This document shows, piece after piece, positions 50,850 to 62,538 of a stretch of 64,000 bases of DNA. A program made the translations under genes and the position numbers. This DNA comes from Basidiobolus meristosporus CBS 931.73 (Eukaryota; Fungi; Basidiobolomycota), in contig MCFE01000208.1 of NCBI GenBank assembly GCA_002104905.1, forward strand, positions 64,669 to 128,668. The letters are read 5' to 3'. The notes under the pieces are model-generated. The model had not been told where the DNA came from, did not search any database, and worked only from the letters and a program-made list of their open reading frames with translations. Within the stretch, counting starts at the first letter, position 1. Every line of letters starts with the position of its first letter.

Positions 50850-52085
50850 TTGGGTGATGGTGCACAGTTCCTGGTATAGATCTACTCTAACATGTAACAG
50901 GACAAATATTGAAACCAAGAATGAGCTGACATTGATGGGATTGGATTAGGAGGCTGCCTATGAGAAATTCCATGTGCAATTTGCACAGTATGGAGTAGTC
51001 ATGTCCATTTTTGCTAGGACTTTGGAAATCAAGGAGATCTCAAACAAGCTTTTGCCTCAAATGACTACTGTACTACATAAAATGTTAGCAGAGCTAAGTG
51101 GCTTCCATGATCAGTATATCTAAGTCTCATCAAGGCAAGAGTTGCAAAGTATCAGACAAAAGATAAGTGAGTACCTGCAAGAATCAGAAGGTGCACTTCA
51201 AGAGGAAGAATACAGACTGCAGGTTGTTGCATCTTGATTGTGCCAGCATGCTTCACAGGAGTCTTTACCAAGCATTGCAATACCAGCTTACCAGTGCACA
51301 TCAGCCCATTCAGTGCCAACCTCTTTCACAAAAGTGCTGCACACCAAATCATTGAGTGCAGTTCATAGTAAAGCTACCAAAACTTGCCAAATGGCTCATT
51401 TGAACACAAGCCCCCTAGAGTGGGCCAAGCTGTGTTAATACACTGTGTCTCTTGGGATTCAGCCCAGGGCCATGCCCATATGCCATGTTGCCTTTGTGTA
51501 TTCCACTACATCTAACCTTCAGCAAATTACTTCTAATGAACTGAGAGATAATGACCCACTGGAAGTACCCCAACCACAGGAGTGTTTGACAAATAAAAAA
51601 ACATATCAGCACAAGGCACTTAAGTCTGGTTCTGTAATAGCATCTGGTGCAATCCAGCACAGCCAAGCTACAGCACTGCACTCTTCACTATGATGCAAAA
51701 CACTGACCAAGAGTACATATGTATTCAAGATGATAGTCAATAAGGAAGTAGCTTAGGTGTGCAAAGTGAATCACTACCAATTTCTTAGGTAATAATCCCT
51801 GTGAGAAAAGAAACTAGAAGAAGATGACACAATTGTGTTTAATTGCAATGATATGTCATAATACAAACAACACAAATCTTATGTTAGTAATCTAAATTTA
51901 ACCATTACAAATTAATGGCCACATAGTTTTTGATATAAGTAACATGAAGGTTGTCTCACACTTGAGACAGAACCCCTACAAACTAATACCCTGCATATGT
52001 GTTCATCATATGTAACACCAGTGCAGCTATTTGATCAGTTGTGAAGCTACCTGATCAGTTGTGTGCCAGCTATATGATATGACAC
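50850..52085 (+). mobile_element. PHIS ORF B and downstream region (partial copy)
   Basis: Reverse-complement match to ~8750-9985. Confidence 0.75.
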
Positions 52086-52290
52086 CTTGTCAATATTCAT
52101 GTGAGTTTAAGACAATCTTGTATTTAAAATATTGCACCAACATGAATGTTAGATTTAATGATGACCCACCATAGTAGGCATCATATACAAAGCTGTGGCA
52201 CCACATACACCTGTATATATAAGATCATTTCCCCTTTTGCTTGACTCACCCCCATACATTTTTCACCAAAAAATAAAGCAAAGTTTGACA
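52085..52290 (-). mobile_element. Fragment of the CACTA intergenic spacer
   Basis: Reverse complement of 1785-1985. Confidence 0.75.
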
Positions 52291-52294
52291 TTTA

Positions 52295-53662
52295 AAGGGT
52301 CTTGAGTACCTCCTTTGGTGGCTATCATTGCTTATTAAAGCATTTTCCTCTTGCTCCTTATTGGTAGTTGATTCTCTTGATTCCTTGTCATGAGCCTTTC
52401 ATATATATGATTTGATGCCAAATCTTTAGTTCTGGACCCAAGTGCGGATACAATCCCTGAAACCTGTCTCTCAGACTATTAAGGAGGGTTGCAGTCATAC
52501 ATGCATCAGTGGTTTATATGCCTAGAGACTCCATCTCATCTACCGGCAGGGTAATTTTGTAAATTACATTTTCATTTCTTCTCCTGGAAGCTTCTTTGCA
52601 GTAAAGAATCTTTGTCTAAGATACACTTTCTTAACAGCTGAACATGACTGGTAGGTGCTCCTTAATGGCTTCCAAGCATTCTTTGCTGTTTTTGCTCTTA
52701 AGCTTTGAATTAGTAACTTGTCTTTAATACTACGGCAAATGCAATTAAAGGCACTTTGTCCTTTATACTGGTACTTTAAGGCTACTTCTCATACACCTTT
52801 AGGTGAGCATTCTTCTCCCATACCAGAATCCCAAAGGTCTCTTTCTTGTAGAGGCATCTTCATCTTCACCTTCCAGACTTGGTAGTTAGATCCATCCAAC
52901 TATTCAGCAGAGGGAATAGTTCCAGTAATAGCAGTGGTAGATGTTGCAGAGAGTGACAGCCTGGGGCCCATAACCAATTGCAAGAGTCTTAGAGATATTG
53001 GAAGTGATTGGGAGAACAAGTAGATTACATGGTTTTTGTTATAAGAGTCTTGGAGATATCAGAAGTGATTTGGGAGGACAAGTAGATTATGTGGTTTTTA
53101 CTTAATGATTTATTGAATGTAAAAGTAGTGTTTATACTTTTACATGATCTTGGCATAGCAAACACGTGGAATAGGTTAAGGAAGGTCCCAAGAACATGTG
53201 TGCAAAGTTTGGGGCTGTTTGGACAACTTAGAACATTTACCCAGAACATGAAAATTCTCAAAGTAAATCCCAACAAGAAATTTGGTCAGTATTCCCTAGG
53301 ATTTGAAGGCAATGATCTAAGTGAGTAAGTTAGGTGAATATTTAGGTAGAATTACAAATTTTTACAACAGTTTTCACTTAATGATTTATTGAATGTAAAA
53401 GTGGTATTAGTACTTTTACATGGTCATGGCAGAATAAGCACGTATAGTATGCTTAGGAAGGTCTCAAGAACATGTGTGCAAAGTTTGGGGCTGGTTGGAC
53501 AACTTATCTAATTTTCATGTTTTGGGTACCTGATGTTTTGGTGAAAATATTCCAAGTAAATCCCGACAAGGAATTTGGACAGAATTCTCTAAGATTTGTA
53601 GGTAATGATCAGAGTGACCAAGTTAGGTGAATATTTAGGTGGAATTACGAATTTTTGCAACA
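52295..53662 (-). mobile_element. 5-prime fragment of Copia element A3 (LTR, PBS, gag)
   Basis: LTR 52976-53662 (with insert), PBS GGTTATGGGCCCC at 52975-52963, gag matching 39880-40560. Confidence 0.85.
53037..53369 (-). mobile_element. Solo Copia-A LTR inserted into the A3 LTR
   Basis: TGTT...AACA ends and perfect 5-bp TSD GTTTT. Confidence 0.88.
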
Positions 53663-53720
53663 GATAGTACCATAGAGTGCCAGATCAATCCGGCGCTATA
53701 AACTGGCTGGCACTATGTTC
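53663..53720 (+). mobile_element. PHIS subterminal segment marking the end of the TE block
   Basis: gatag..gtgccagatcaatccggcgctataaactggctggcactatgt matches 11587-11642. Confidence 0.75.
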
Positions 53721-55216
53721 ACAAATTCCTGGGAGCTATTACAGTTTTTACACTCATTTGAATGATCCCAAACTCTGCACACCACTTCCTGGGACATTTT
53801 TCGGAGCAATTGTATAATCACTGAAACAGAATTCTTATAGAAAGACGTATGCTTAGGTTGAGCACAACAAAACAAACGAACACTATGCAGCTCTTCTAGT
53901 TCTTCAAATCACTTCCAATACTCGCTAAATTCTTGCAACACATAGCAACCAGTAGTCAACTCAATTATGGATAACTGGGTCATTTCTACTAAACCTAGCC
54001 ATAATTCCGATACATTGATATTTACCTCAGGCCAATGCTGATTATATTCGATGATACTTCTGCCGTTTGTTTGAAGACTCTTAGGGCGTACTTTTTTCAC
54101 TGGTGACAAGTCGCGAGGTATGTTTGGCTGGCGCATTTTCATTGAAAATTTCGCGAATCTTTGGGCCTCACCCTTGGTAAACCTGTTTGAAATCGATCGA
54201 GCTTAAAAATGACCAAGCCGTTAGATATTTTGAAGTGCCATTTTGGGTTGGAAAGTTGGGGCGTGTGATAGTGCGTATCGAGTAACAATGGCATCGCACT
54301 TTGTAAACTGGCAAGGTGCAGGTGTAAGGAGGATTGTGGCAAGGTGTGGTAGAATAGGGAGTAAGTGTTGGGATATGATCAAGGAATCAACATCAAATGA
54401 GAGCAAATCTGGCCGTTTGCTGGGTTTGTACAGCAAATACAAACCAACACGTTGCTAAAGGTACGATCCATTATCTGGGCAGCTATAGTATCATATGATG
54501 GACCCAAGATATCTGTGGTTGTTCCACAACTGCTAAGTGGAAATGCCAATGGTGAATAAAATTCAATAGTCCGAACGAATTGAAATGGCTGATGGCTGAT
54601 TTGTAATGGGTGCACAGAACAATGACTTCATCGGTGCTGATTGTTGGTCCACTAGTGGCTACACGGAAACTTACGTAAAGAACGCAGGTGCAAAGGCTTA
54701 TTTGCTAAGTTGAGTTATCTGATCCGAGTGGAATGAATCATTGGTGTGTCAGTGAAAATATGTCGACTGAAATACTGATCCTTTATGATCTAGGAGATTA
54801 AGTAAATTCCCAACTCAACACTGTTTCATACCTGAATCGATGATCTGTGAGAATATGGCTACCAGATAAAGCCCCAAACTTGTAAGAATCTGGTCAGGTA
54901 AAAACTTAATATGGCAAAATCAGTCATCATATGTTTGCGGAATTATGGAGGTGGATTAGTCAACAACCGCGACATTTTCAATCTATTCTTATTGCTTGAT
55001 ATGGTGTATTTGTTTATTCGTGAGTGATTCAATCGGATATATCAAATGACGGCCGAATATATTGTGGGCTGCTGATTCGCAGTGATTCATGTACTCACCA
55101 GATGAATGTACACAAGATGGTGTACGAATATTAAGGAATACCATGCAAAACAGGTTTTTCGATATATATACCTTTTTAATACTGTTGATTTGGTCGTATA
55201 ACCTCTTTCTGCACAC

Positions 55217-55218
<2 letters not shown>

Positions 55219-55276
<58 letters not shown>
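55219..55276. repeat. (AT)29 microsatellite
   Basis: Perfect dinucleotide run. Confidence 0.97.
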
Positions 55277-55279
<3 letters not shown>

Positions 55280-56039
55280 AAACGATGGAACACGGTAATT
55301 TACCAAAAGGTTTCGGTCCCCCATCGGGTACCCAAGGCTTTCACAAAAGCCTCTGAATGTAACAGAGCACCAATAGAGTTATGGGCCGACTTGGAAGGGT
55401 GCACATAGGATTTTTAAAGCTAATGATATCCAGCATGGCAGAGGCGGCTGAGCTACCTTGGAGTGACCAAAATACTCCGAAACATGTTTGATCAAGGCAG
55501 CCATCCCTTTACTAAGCAGTCAAACAAGCTTCCTTATTTTTTCGATAGCCTGCTATATCACAGAGCATAGAATCATGGTCCAGCAATCTTTTCAACCTTG
55601 GTGATTGGGTGGGCGGTGTATTGTTGGACCCGAAAAGCCTCCTGGGCTACCCTTTCCCGTTTGGCCTGCACAAATGGATTTTCACCATCAATACGAACAT
55701 CATGAATATTTTGTAGATGGGTGCGTGGGAATGCAACACCGAGTTAGATTCCCAGATCGATGATCATGAGTTAGATTTTCACAGTACATAAAGATCAAAA
55801 TGTGGCATTGTTTCGAGAACTTCATCAGTTATGTACAATCATGACCCCTATATAGATATATATCTCAAGAGATTCCGCAATACCTTCTTTCAAGTTTCAT
55901 ACGGTATGATTGGCCGAGACTAAATTTAAGTAACTTTATATTCAATTAGGTTCTGTTTCGGATATATAAATCTTCCACCCCCTCTCGGATTTTTCATCCC
56001 TACATTCATTTTTACTCTTGTAACAGTTGAAGATACTTG

Positions 56040-59000
56040 ATGACTTCAACCGATCAGCTTCCAAAGCATCGAACCAAGAGACCACCACCCCTAGTGGACA
56101 CGTCTAGTTTCCTCTCATTCTTCACATTTCAATTCATCCAGCCCCTCATCCTTTTCGGCCGTAAAAATGAAATTTCCGAGGACCACTTGCATGAACTGGG
56201 AAAACGCGAAGAGGTTGGCCAGCTTACTGAGCGTCTTGCCTTTGAGTGGGATGCTGAGTCAAAGAAGGCGAACCCCAGTTTCTGGAAGGTCGCCTGTAAG
56301 GTCTTCGGCCCTTACTACAGCCTCACTCTCCTTACAAGCACAATCGAAGCCGCAGCTCAGATCGGGGAAGCTGTTGTACTTGGGTACGTTTTTATTCCAT
56401 TTTCACTACCATCCTTTGTTGCTTGTCAAGAAGAACTGATGCCGACCAATTATTAGATAAGCTGGTTCGATCTATTCGAATCAATGATTATCCGCTCAAG
56501 CTTGTGAGATCAAAGTATTGAGTAAAATGTTGAATCAATTGGCTTTGATTTGATGTTGCAGTGGTTTTTGCTGATGATTCAGCCAGGCAAATGGCCCTGA
56601 TCAATGATCAAGCTAAATGAGCATCCAGTTGGTTGGCTCAACAGTGACAACACTCCCCTGCGCAAAAGTGAATGTTACTAATCAATATTCGATGAGCTAG
56701 GTATATTATACGGTTTTTCCAGAACCCGGATACACCGAGCAAGGATGGTTATCTTTACGCGTTCGCTCTAGCCATGTGTACGTTTGTCCATGCGGTGATT
56801 CACCATCACTACTTCTTTCCTGCCTTAAGAACTGGCCTCCACATGAGGATGAGTCTTATTGCGTTGATGTATCGCAAGTGCATGTCGCTATCAATGTCCT
56901 CGTCTATTTCAACCGGTGCAATTATAAATCTGATCTCGAATGATGTGCAGCCTTTCGAGAATGCTTCGTGCTTTGCTACATGGGCCATCATTGGTCCTAT
57001 ACAGGCTGTAGTCATCATCGTTCTGCTCTATCGTGAGATTGGCGTTTCCGTGTTCGCTGGGTTGTGCGCGTTCGTCTTCCTTTTGCCGCTGCAGACGTAT
57101 TTTGCAAAGCGGTTCTCTCGCATGCGTGAGGAAACCGTGATGTACCGCGACGAGCGTATTAGATCTCTCTCCGACGTTCTCTCAGGAATCGATTTAGTCA
57201 AACTCTCATCATGGGAGGATCCGCTTTCCGAGCGCATCAGTGAGCTCAGAGAAAAGGAGCTGAAGTATATTGGCAAAGCCAACAACATGCGTGCATTCAA
57301 TATGGCCAGCTACTTCTTCTTTCAAAGCGTTATCTCTCTATTTACCTTTGTGACATACTGGGCCACTGGGAACCCACTTCGACCTGACAAAGTGTTCGTT
57401 TCGCTTACCCTGTTTAACGTTATCCGTCTGACAATGACGAGCTTTTTCCCTCAGGCTTTGGCTACTTCTGCCGAAGCTCACGTTTCGGCCAAACGAATCA
57501 AGGAATTTTTGTTACTGCCCGAATTGAAGCCTCTCGAGCCTATTCAAGAGGCACTAAACAAGATTAGCAAGGAGATATCGTCAACCTCGGTAGACAAAAT
57601 AGATCTAGAGAAGAATAACGAGAAGGCGAATTTGGAGAGTTTCGTCAGATCCGACTCGATTTTAGAGATGAATGATGCCGCATTCAATTGGGCCATCGGC
57701 AACAACCCGAGTGCAATCAATCCCAAGGAGTTTTCCGACATAATGGACGAAGATAAAGCGAAGGAGGCGGACCATTGTGTAGTCCAAAATTTGTCTTTCA
57801 AATTGGGACATAATGAGCTTCTTGCGGTTGTAGGGCCAGTAGGCTCAGGCAAGACTTCTTTGTGCATGGCAATTCTCAAGGAACTTCACCTTGATCGTGG
57901 CACTATGAATGTCAGTACGAAACTTGATGGTAAACCAATTCAAATTGCGTATGCTGCTCAGTCCCCGTGGCTATTCGCTGGCACGGTAAAAGAAAACATC
58001 CTCTTCGGCGCCAAGTTTGACCCTGCACGCTTCCGTAAAGTTGTTCAAGTTTGCCAGCTTGAAAGGGATTTTCTTATCCTTAGTAATGGGGAGGAGACAC
58101 TAATTGGTGAAAGAGGTGTAACGCTATCTGGTGGCCAAAAGGCACGAGTGGCATTGGCTCGAGCTGTTTATCAGAAAGCCGATTTGTATATTCTGGATGA
58201 TCCCTTGTCAGCAGTTGATCCACATGTTGGGTTCAAGATGTTTGATGAGTGTATACGTGGCTTTTTGAAAGATAAAGCCGTCATTCTTGCCACACATCAG
58301 TTACAATACGTCAAGGACTGTAACTCTGTGCTAGTCCTCGAATCAGGAATCCCAACATACTCCGGACCTTCTCGTGATATCCTCTCCGCCACTTCACCAC
58401 AACCCGCTCAAGAGGCAACCACTGAGCAGCTCGTACGTAAAACATTCATAGACGTCCTTCGGGAATACTACCAATCTGATGGTACTAGTATTACCACTGA
58501 AGTTGCAGAAAACAATGAGGAGAATGATCATCTTTCGAAGAGAAGTTCGATCAGTAGTCTTGTCCAAGAAGGCGACACTGTTGTTGATGCACAAGCCAAG
58601 GAATATGACCCAAAGGCAAATCAACTTGTGGCCGAGGACCGTAACATGGGTGGCACAAGTCTCCGCACTTACGTTGAGTTCTTTAAAGTCGGATCCTCAA
58701 ATTTCTATCTGTACCTTGTTATATTTTCTCTGTTTGTTGGTCAAGGATTTTCTGTGGCCGCCGACTTTTTCCTCTCCAAGTGGACTGGTTATGACGATCA
58801 GAAACAAGAAAAACAAGAGAATGCCGGAATTTTTGCAGCACTCGCTGTATTAACCGTCATTTTCGCAAGTGTCCGTGCCTTGCTGTTCTTCAAGGCTCTC
58901 CACAACTCCTCGAAAGGCATTTTCAAAGTGATGCTGAATGCTGTGTTAAACACAGACATCAATTTCTTCCAAACACAGCCTCAAGGTCGTATCCTTAACC

Positions 59001-60451
59001 GTTTCTCTAAGGACCAGGCCAATTGTGATGAGCTTTTGCCCTGGAATTTCTTTGATGCGGTCCAATGCTTCTTCATGCTCCTTGGATCAATTGTAGTGGT
59101 GTGCATCGTTAATCCTTGGATCATTATCTCCTTGCCATTTTTGGGCTTCGTGTTCTACACACTCCGACGATTCTATATGCTTACCTCACGTCAGGTCAAA
59201 CAAATCGAGTCAACCACCAGATCTCCTGTCTACTCTCTGCTTTCTGAAACCCTTGATGGGCTGGCTACTATCCGTGCATTTGGGGCCCAAGAGAGATTCT
59301 TCGATATGTTTATCGATGCAGAGAACGAGAATTGCCGTGCATTCTTCATGTATTTGTGCTCTGCAAGATGGCTCGGATTCCGACTTGACATTCTTGCGGC
59401 AACCTTTCTGACGATTACGGCATTTGCGTCAGTTGGCGCTCGTGATACCCAATCTGCAGGCCTTGTAGGGCTGTCTTTAAGTTATGTATTGCAGCTTATG
59501 GGTCAACTTCAATGGGCCGTTCGACAATCGATCGAAGTGGAGATCACATTTGTGTCGGTCGAGCGTATGCTTTCCTACACCAAACTGCTACCTGAGGGCC
59601 CCAGGGTAACTGATGTTCGCCCCCCGAAGGACTGGCCACAAAACGCCGAGGTCGAATTCAAAGAGATGTCACTGACTTATCCTGGTTCGGATAAAGCCGT
59701 GCTCCAAGACATCAATTTGAAGATCCGTCGTCACGAGAAGATAGGTGTAGTGGGGCGCACTGGTGCGGGAAAATCCTCCCTTCTAACAGCGCTATTTCGT
59801 CTTATCGAAGCTTCACCATCGGGCTGTATAGTAATTGATGGAATTCCGATCTCTGATCTGGGTCTACATGACCTAAGAAAGGCTATATCGATTATTCCCC
59901 AGGAGCCATTCCTTTTCAAGGGCACACTTCGGTTCAACTTGGACCCATTCAATGAGCACGACGACCAATCAGTCTGGAAGGCGTTAGAACTTGCAGAGCT
60001 CAAGGACACTGTTTGCAAGTTGCCATCTGGACTTGACACCCCAGTGACCGAAAACGGGAAGAACTTCTCGATCGGCCAAAGACAGTTGCTGTCACTCACA
60101 CGTGCTATCCTTCGCAACACAAAGCTATTGGTGATGGATGAAGCCACGGCAAATGTTGATCTGCAGTCGGACAGATTCATTCAGCGCTCTATCCACACTT
60201 GTTTTGAGCATGCCACTGTCCTAACAATCGCCCATCGTCTGAACACTGTCATCGGGGATTACGATAGAATTCTGGTTCTGGATCAGGGCAAGGTCATGGA
60301 GTTTGATGAACCCTGGGTTCTGTTGCAAAATGAGAATGGCTGGCTATCAGGCATGGTACGTAGCACAGGGCCTGAAAGCGAGCGCGAGTTGAGATCGGTC
60401 GCGAGAAAGCAGTGGGAACGGGTTCACGACGATGTTTGGGGGGAGAAATGA
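56040..60451 (+). CDS. ABCC/MRP-family ABC transporter (short form, no TMD0), exons 56040-56383 and 56701-60451, ~1364 aa
   Basis: Phase-2 GT-AG intron with tactaat branch site joins ..AVVLG to YIIRFF... NBD1: GPVGSGKT, LSGGQKAR, DDPLSAVD. NBD2: GRTGAGKS, FSIGQRQ, DEATANVD. Two transmembrane domains. Confidence 0.95.
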
Positions 60452-60957
60452 GTTTAGTTAATTAATTATGCTAGCTGGGTTTATAATAAATGATCATACC
60501 ATACCGAAGTCATCGTAGCACTCGTTCTCTTATATGGCCATAACCGGTTCAATATCCCCGTATATGGCCGACTTCATTTTAATGCATATTCGGATGTGAT
60601 AAAGGAGATGCATGCTCACATCAAGACACCCGGATAGGATACATCTATTTTCTCCACAACTGCTTCAAGCCTTATTATCTATTCTAGCCAGGGACATATT
60701 AATGAAATCACGGTTGAACGTTCGAATCTCGACGCGTTTGTTTTGCTTGGCGGGAGGAGATTACATTGTGTAAGTCACCCAGGTTGCACAACCGGCGGTA
60801 ACAACAACACCGCTGCTTTGATTTGTTTATCTCATTGAAGTGTGCAGCTCACAATTGAAGACGTCAGTATGGAGTTGGTTGGAGTATATAACGCCCTTGG
60901 CATTGTCCGGCCACCTCAGAATTCAATATTACAATTCTACTATACACAGCATCTGCG

Positions 60958-61878
60958 ATGTTCGTCACAAGAGAGATCCTTCTACTGTTTATACTACTGA
61001 TATCCTGCACGCTTTCGGAATGCGCCAGCTTTCCTTACTGCAAAGGCGAGTACGCCATCAATTCCAACACCTGCCAGAAATTCCGACAATATCAGCCCAC
61101 AGGTAAGAATTTCCAGAGTCAGGTACAACAGTGGAGCTATGAAGATCTGGACTACGTCAAGCGCCAAAAAGCCCGATTCATGGTAAATGTGTTTGAGTAT
61201 GGTTCTACTAACATCGGATATTCCTCTTGTGAAAACCTGCAAGATGGGAGAGGCTATACTTGTGGTTCCGTAGGGTTTACAACCGGCACTGACGATGCGT
61301 ATTATGTTGTGGAGGAATATCACAAATTGCGACCAGGTAATTACTTAGACAAGTATAGGAAGGAGCTTCAGCGGCTGAGCAACCTGAGCTATGGGTCAGG
61401 CGGAAAAGGCAGCATCAAGAACCTGAGAGGCTTCCCACAGGACTGGAAAAAGGCGAGTTGCGAGGATGCTTCCTTCAGAGAGATACAGGACCGGGTCGCC
61501 GATGACATGTACTACAAGCCAGCGTTGAAAATTGCTCAGCAGGTTGGCATACGCTCAGAGCTAGGCAAAGCCATCTTCTATGACACCGCTGTTCAGCATG
61601 GATGGGAGGAGGATGACGGTATCGGCCTGCCTACACTTTTGCGCATGACTGGCTCGATGGAGAACAAATGTGAGGAAGATTACCTCGAGGAGTTTGTTCA
61701 TAATCGTTGGCAAATGCTATGCTGTACCGAGGATGAGGTATGGCCAGAATCAGCTGATCGTACAAGCGACTTGATGGACCTAATCAAACAAGGAGACTTC
61801 GAATTGAATGGCACCATCAAACTAAATGCCTACAGTCAATCCATAACTGGGCACGAAGTGAGCCAAGTTGCATGCTAG
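60958..61878 (+). CDS. csn: Secreted GH46 chitosanase, 306 aa, intronless
   Basis: Hydrophobic N-terminal signal peptide. NVFE..ENLQDGRGYTCG.VGFTTGT and YDTAVQHG match the GH46 catalytic Glu, the DGRGYT motif and the YD..V.HG motif. Confidence 0.9.
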   Translation: MFVTREILLLFILLISCTLSECASFPYCKGEYAINSNTCQKFRQYQPTGKNFQSQVQQWSYEDLDYVKRQKARFMVNVFEYGSTNIGYSSCENLQDGRGYTCGSVGFTTGTDDAYYVVEEYHKLRPGNYLDKYRKELQRLSNLSYGSGGKGSIKNLRGFPQDWKKASCEDASFREIQDRVADDMYYKPALKIAQQVGIRSELGKAIFYDTAVQHGWEEDDGIGLPTLLRMTGSMENKCEEDYLEEFVHNRWQMLCCTEDEVWPESADRTSDLMDLIKQGDFELNGTIKLNAYSQSITGHEVSQVAC

Positions 61879-62538
61879 AGTTTATTGATCTAATTTAATT
61901 CAGGATATGTAAATATGTAATGTACTATATACGCTACTTGAATGTAAATATCTGAGTAAATAGTTGGTATCATACAATTTCAACTTACCTCGAAACCTTC
62001 GAAGCGAGGTCGCATTTCTATTTATAGAACGGTCACTGCGACAGATCATGGTTTGCCTATGATTGACGGATTGCGTGAAGCTACCATTCATTAAGTTTAC
62101 TTCGAAGTCTACAACACTTAATTACATTTGCGGACAACTGATCGCTCTACGTAATCTATATCACTCCTCGATTTGCTGCCTGGCCGTTCAGTAGATCCTG
62201 GCTGAAATGTATGAGGATATCTCGGAGGTGTGATGACTAGGCGTCAGAGCAATTAGCCCGAAAAGTTTTATTTTCCTTTTTTCATATATTCCGGCGTATC
62301 AGATATCATATGCGTATGCATGGATACCGTCGACAATGAAAACATTCAACCCCTCTTTTCACTCAGCCCATGAGTATTGGCATTACGATTAGTAACCCAA
62401 TCCACTCCAAACTCCACTACTATCTTTTATTTCTATTTCATGAAATGAACCCTATGAAGATGTTCCTATCCACTAAAATGAAGTCACCATCATTCCTCAC
62501 GTGATAACCCTATTTAATGGCAGTATCCACAGATCTGA

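Noticed and set aside
1-53720. One giant composite transposon carrying both CACTA and PHIS transposases
   Set aside because: Gene order differs between loci, and the PHIS element has its own TIRs and target duplication inside an LTR. Nesting and rearrangement explain the co-occurrence.
1-53720. Alternative genetic code or stop-codon readthrough explaining in-frame stops
   Set aside because: Stops differ between paralogous copies and follow C>T/G>A changes; host genes after 56 kb are intact in the standard code.
54989-55324. ORFs encoding IYIYIY runs
   Set aside because: Artefact of the (AT)29 microsatellite.
56809-60180. Minus-strand ORFs within the ABCC gene and similar shadow ORFs across the TE block
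   Set aside because: Antisense shadows of real coding frames with no independent motifs.
61103-61108. Splice-donor-like GTAAGA in the chitosanase
   Set aside because: The frame is open through it and no intron is needed.
62190-62260. C/D-box snoRNA from ATGAGGA/GTGATGA motifs
   Set aside because: No well-placed D box, terminal stem or recognisable guide sequence.
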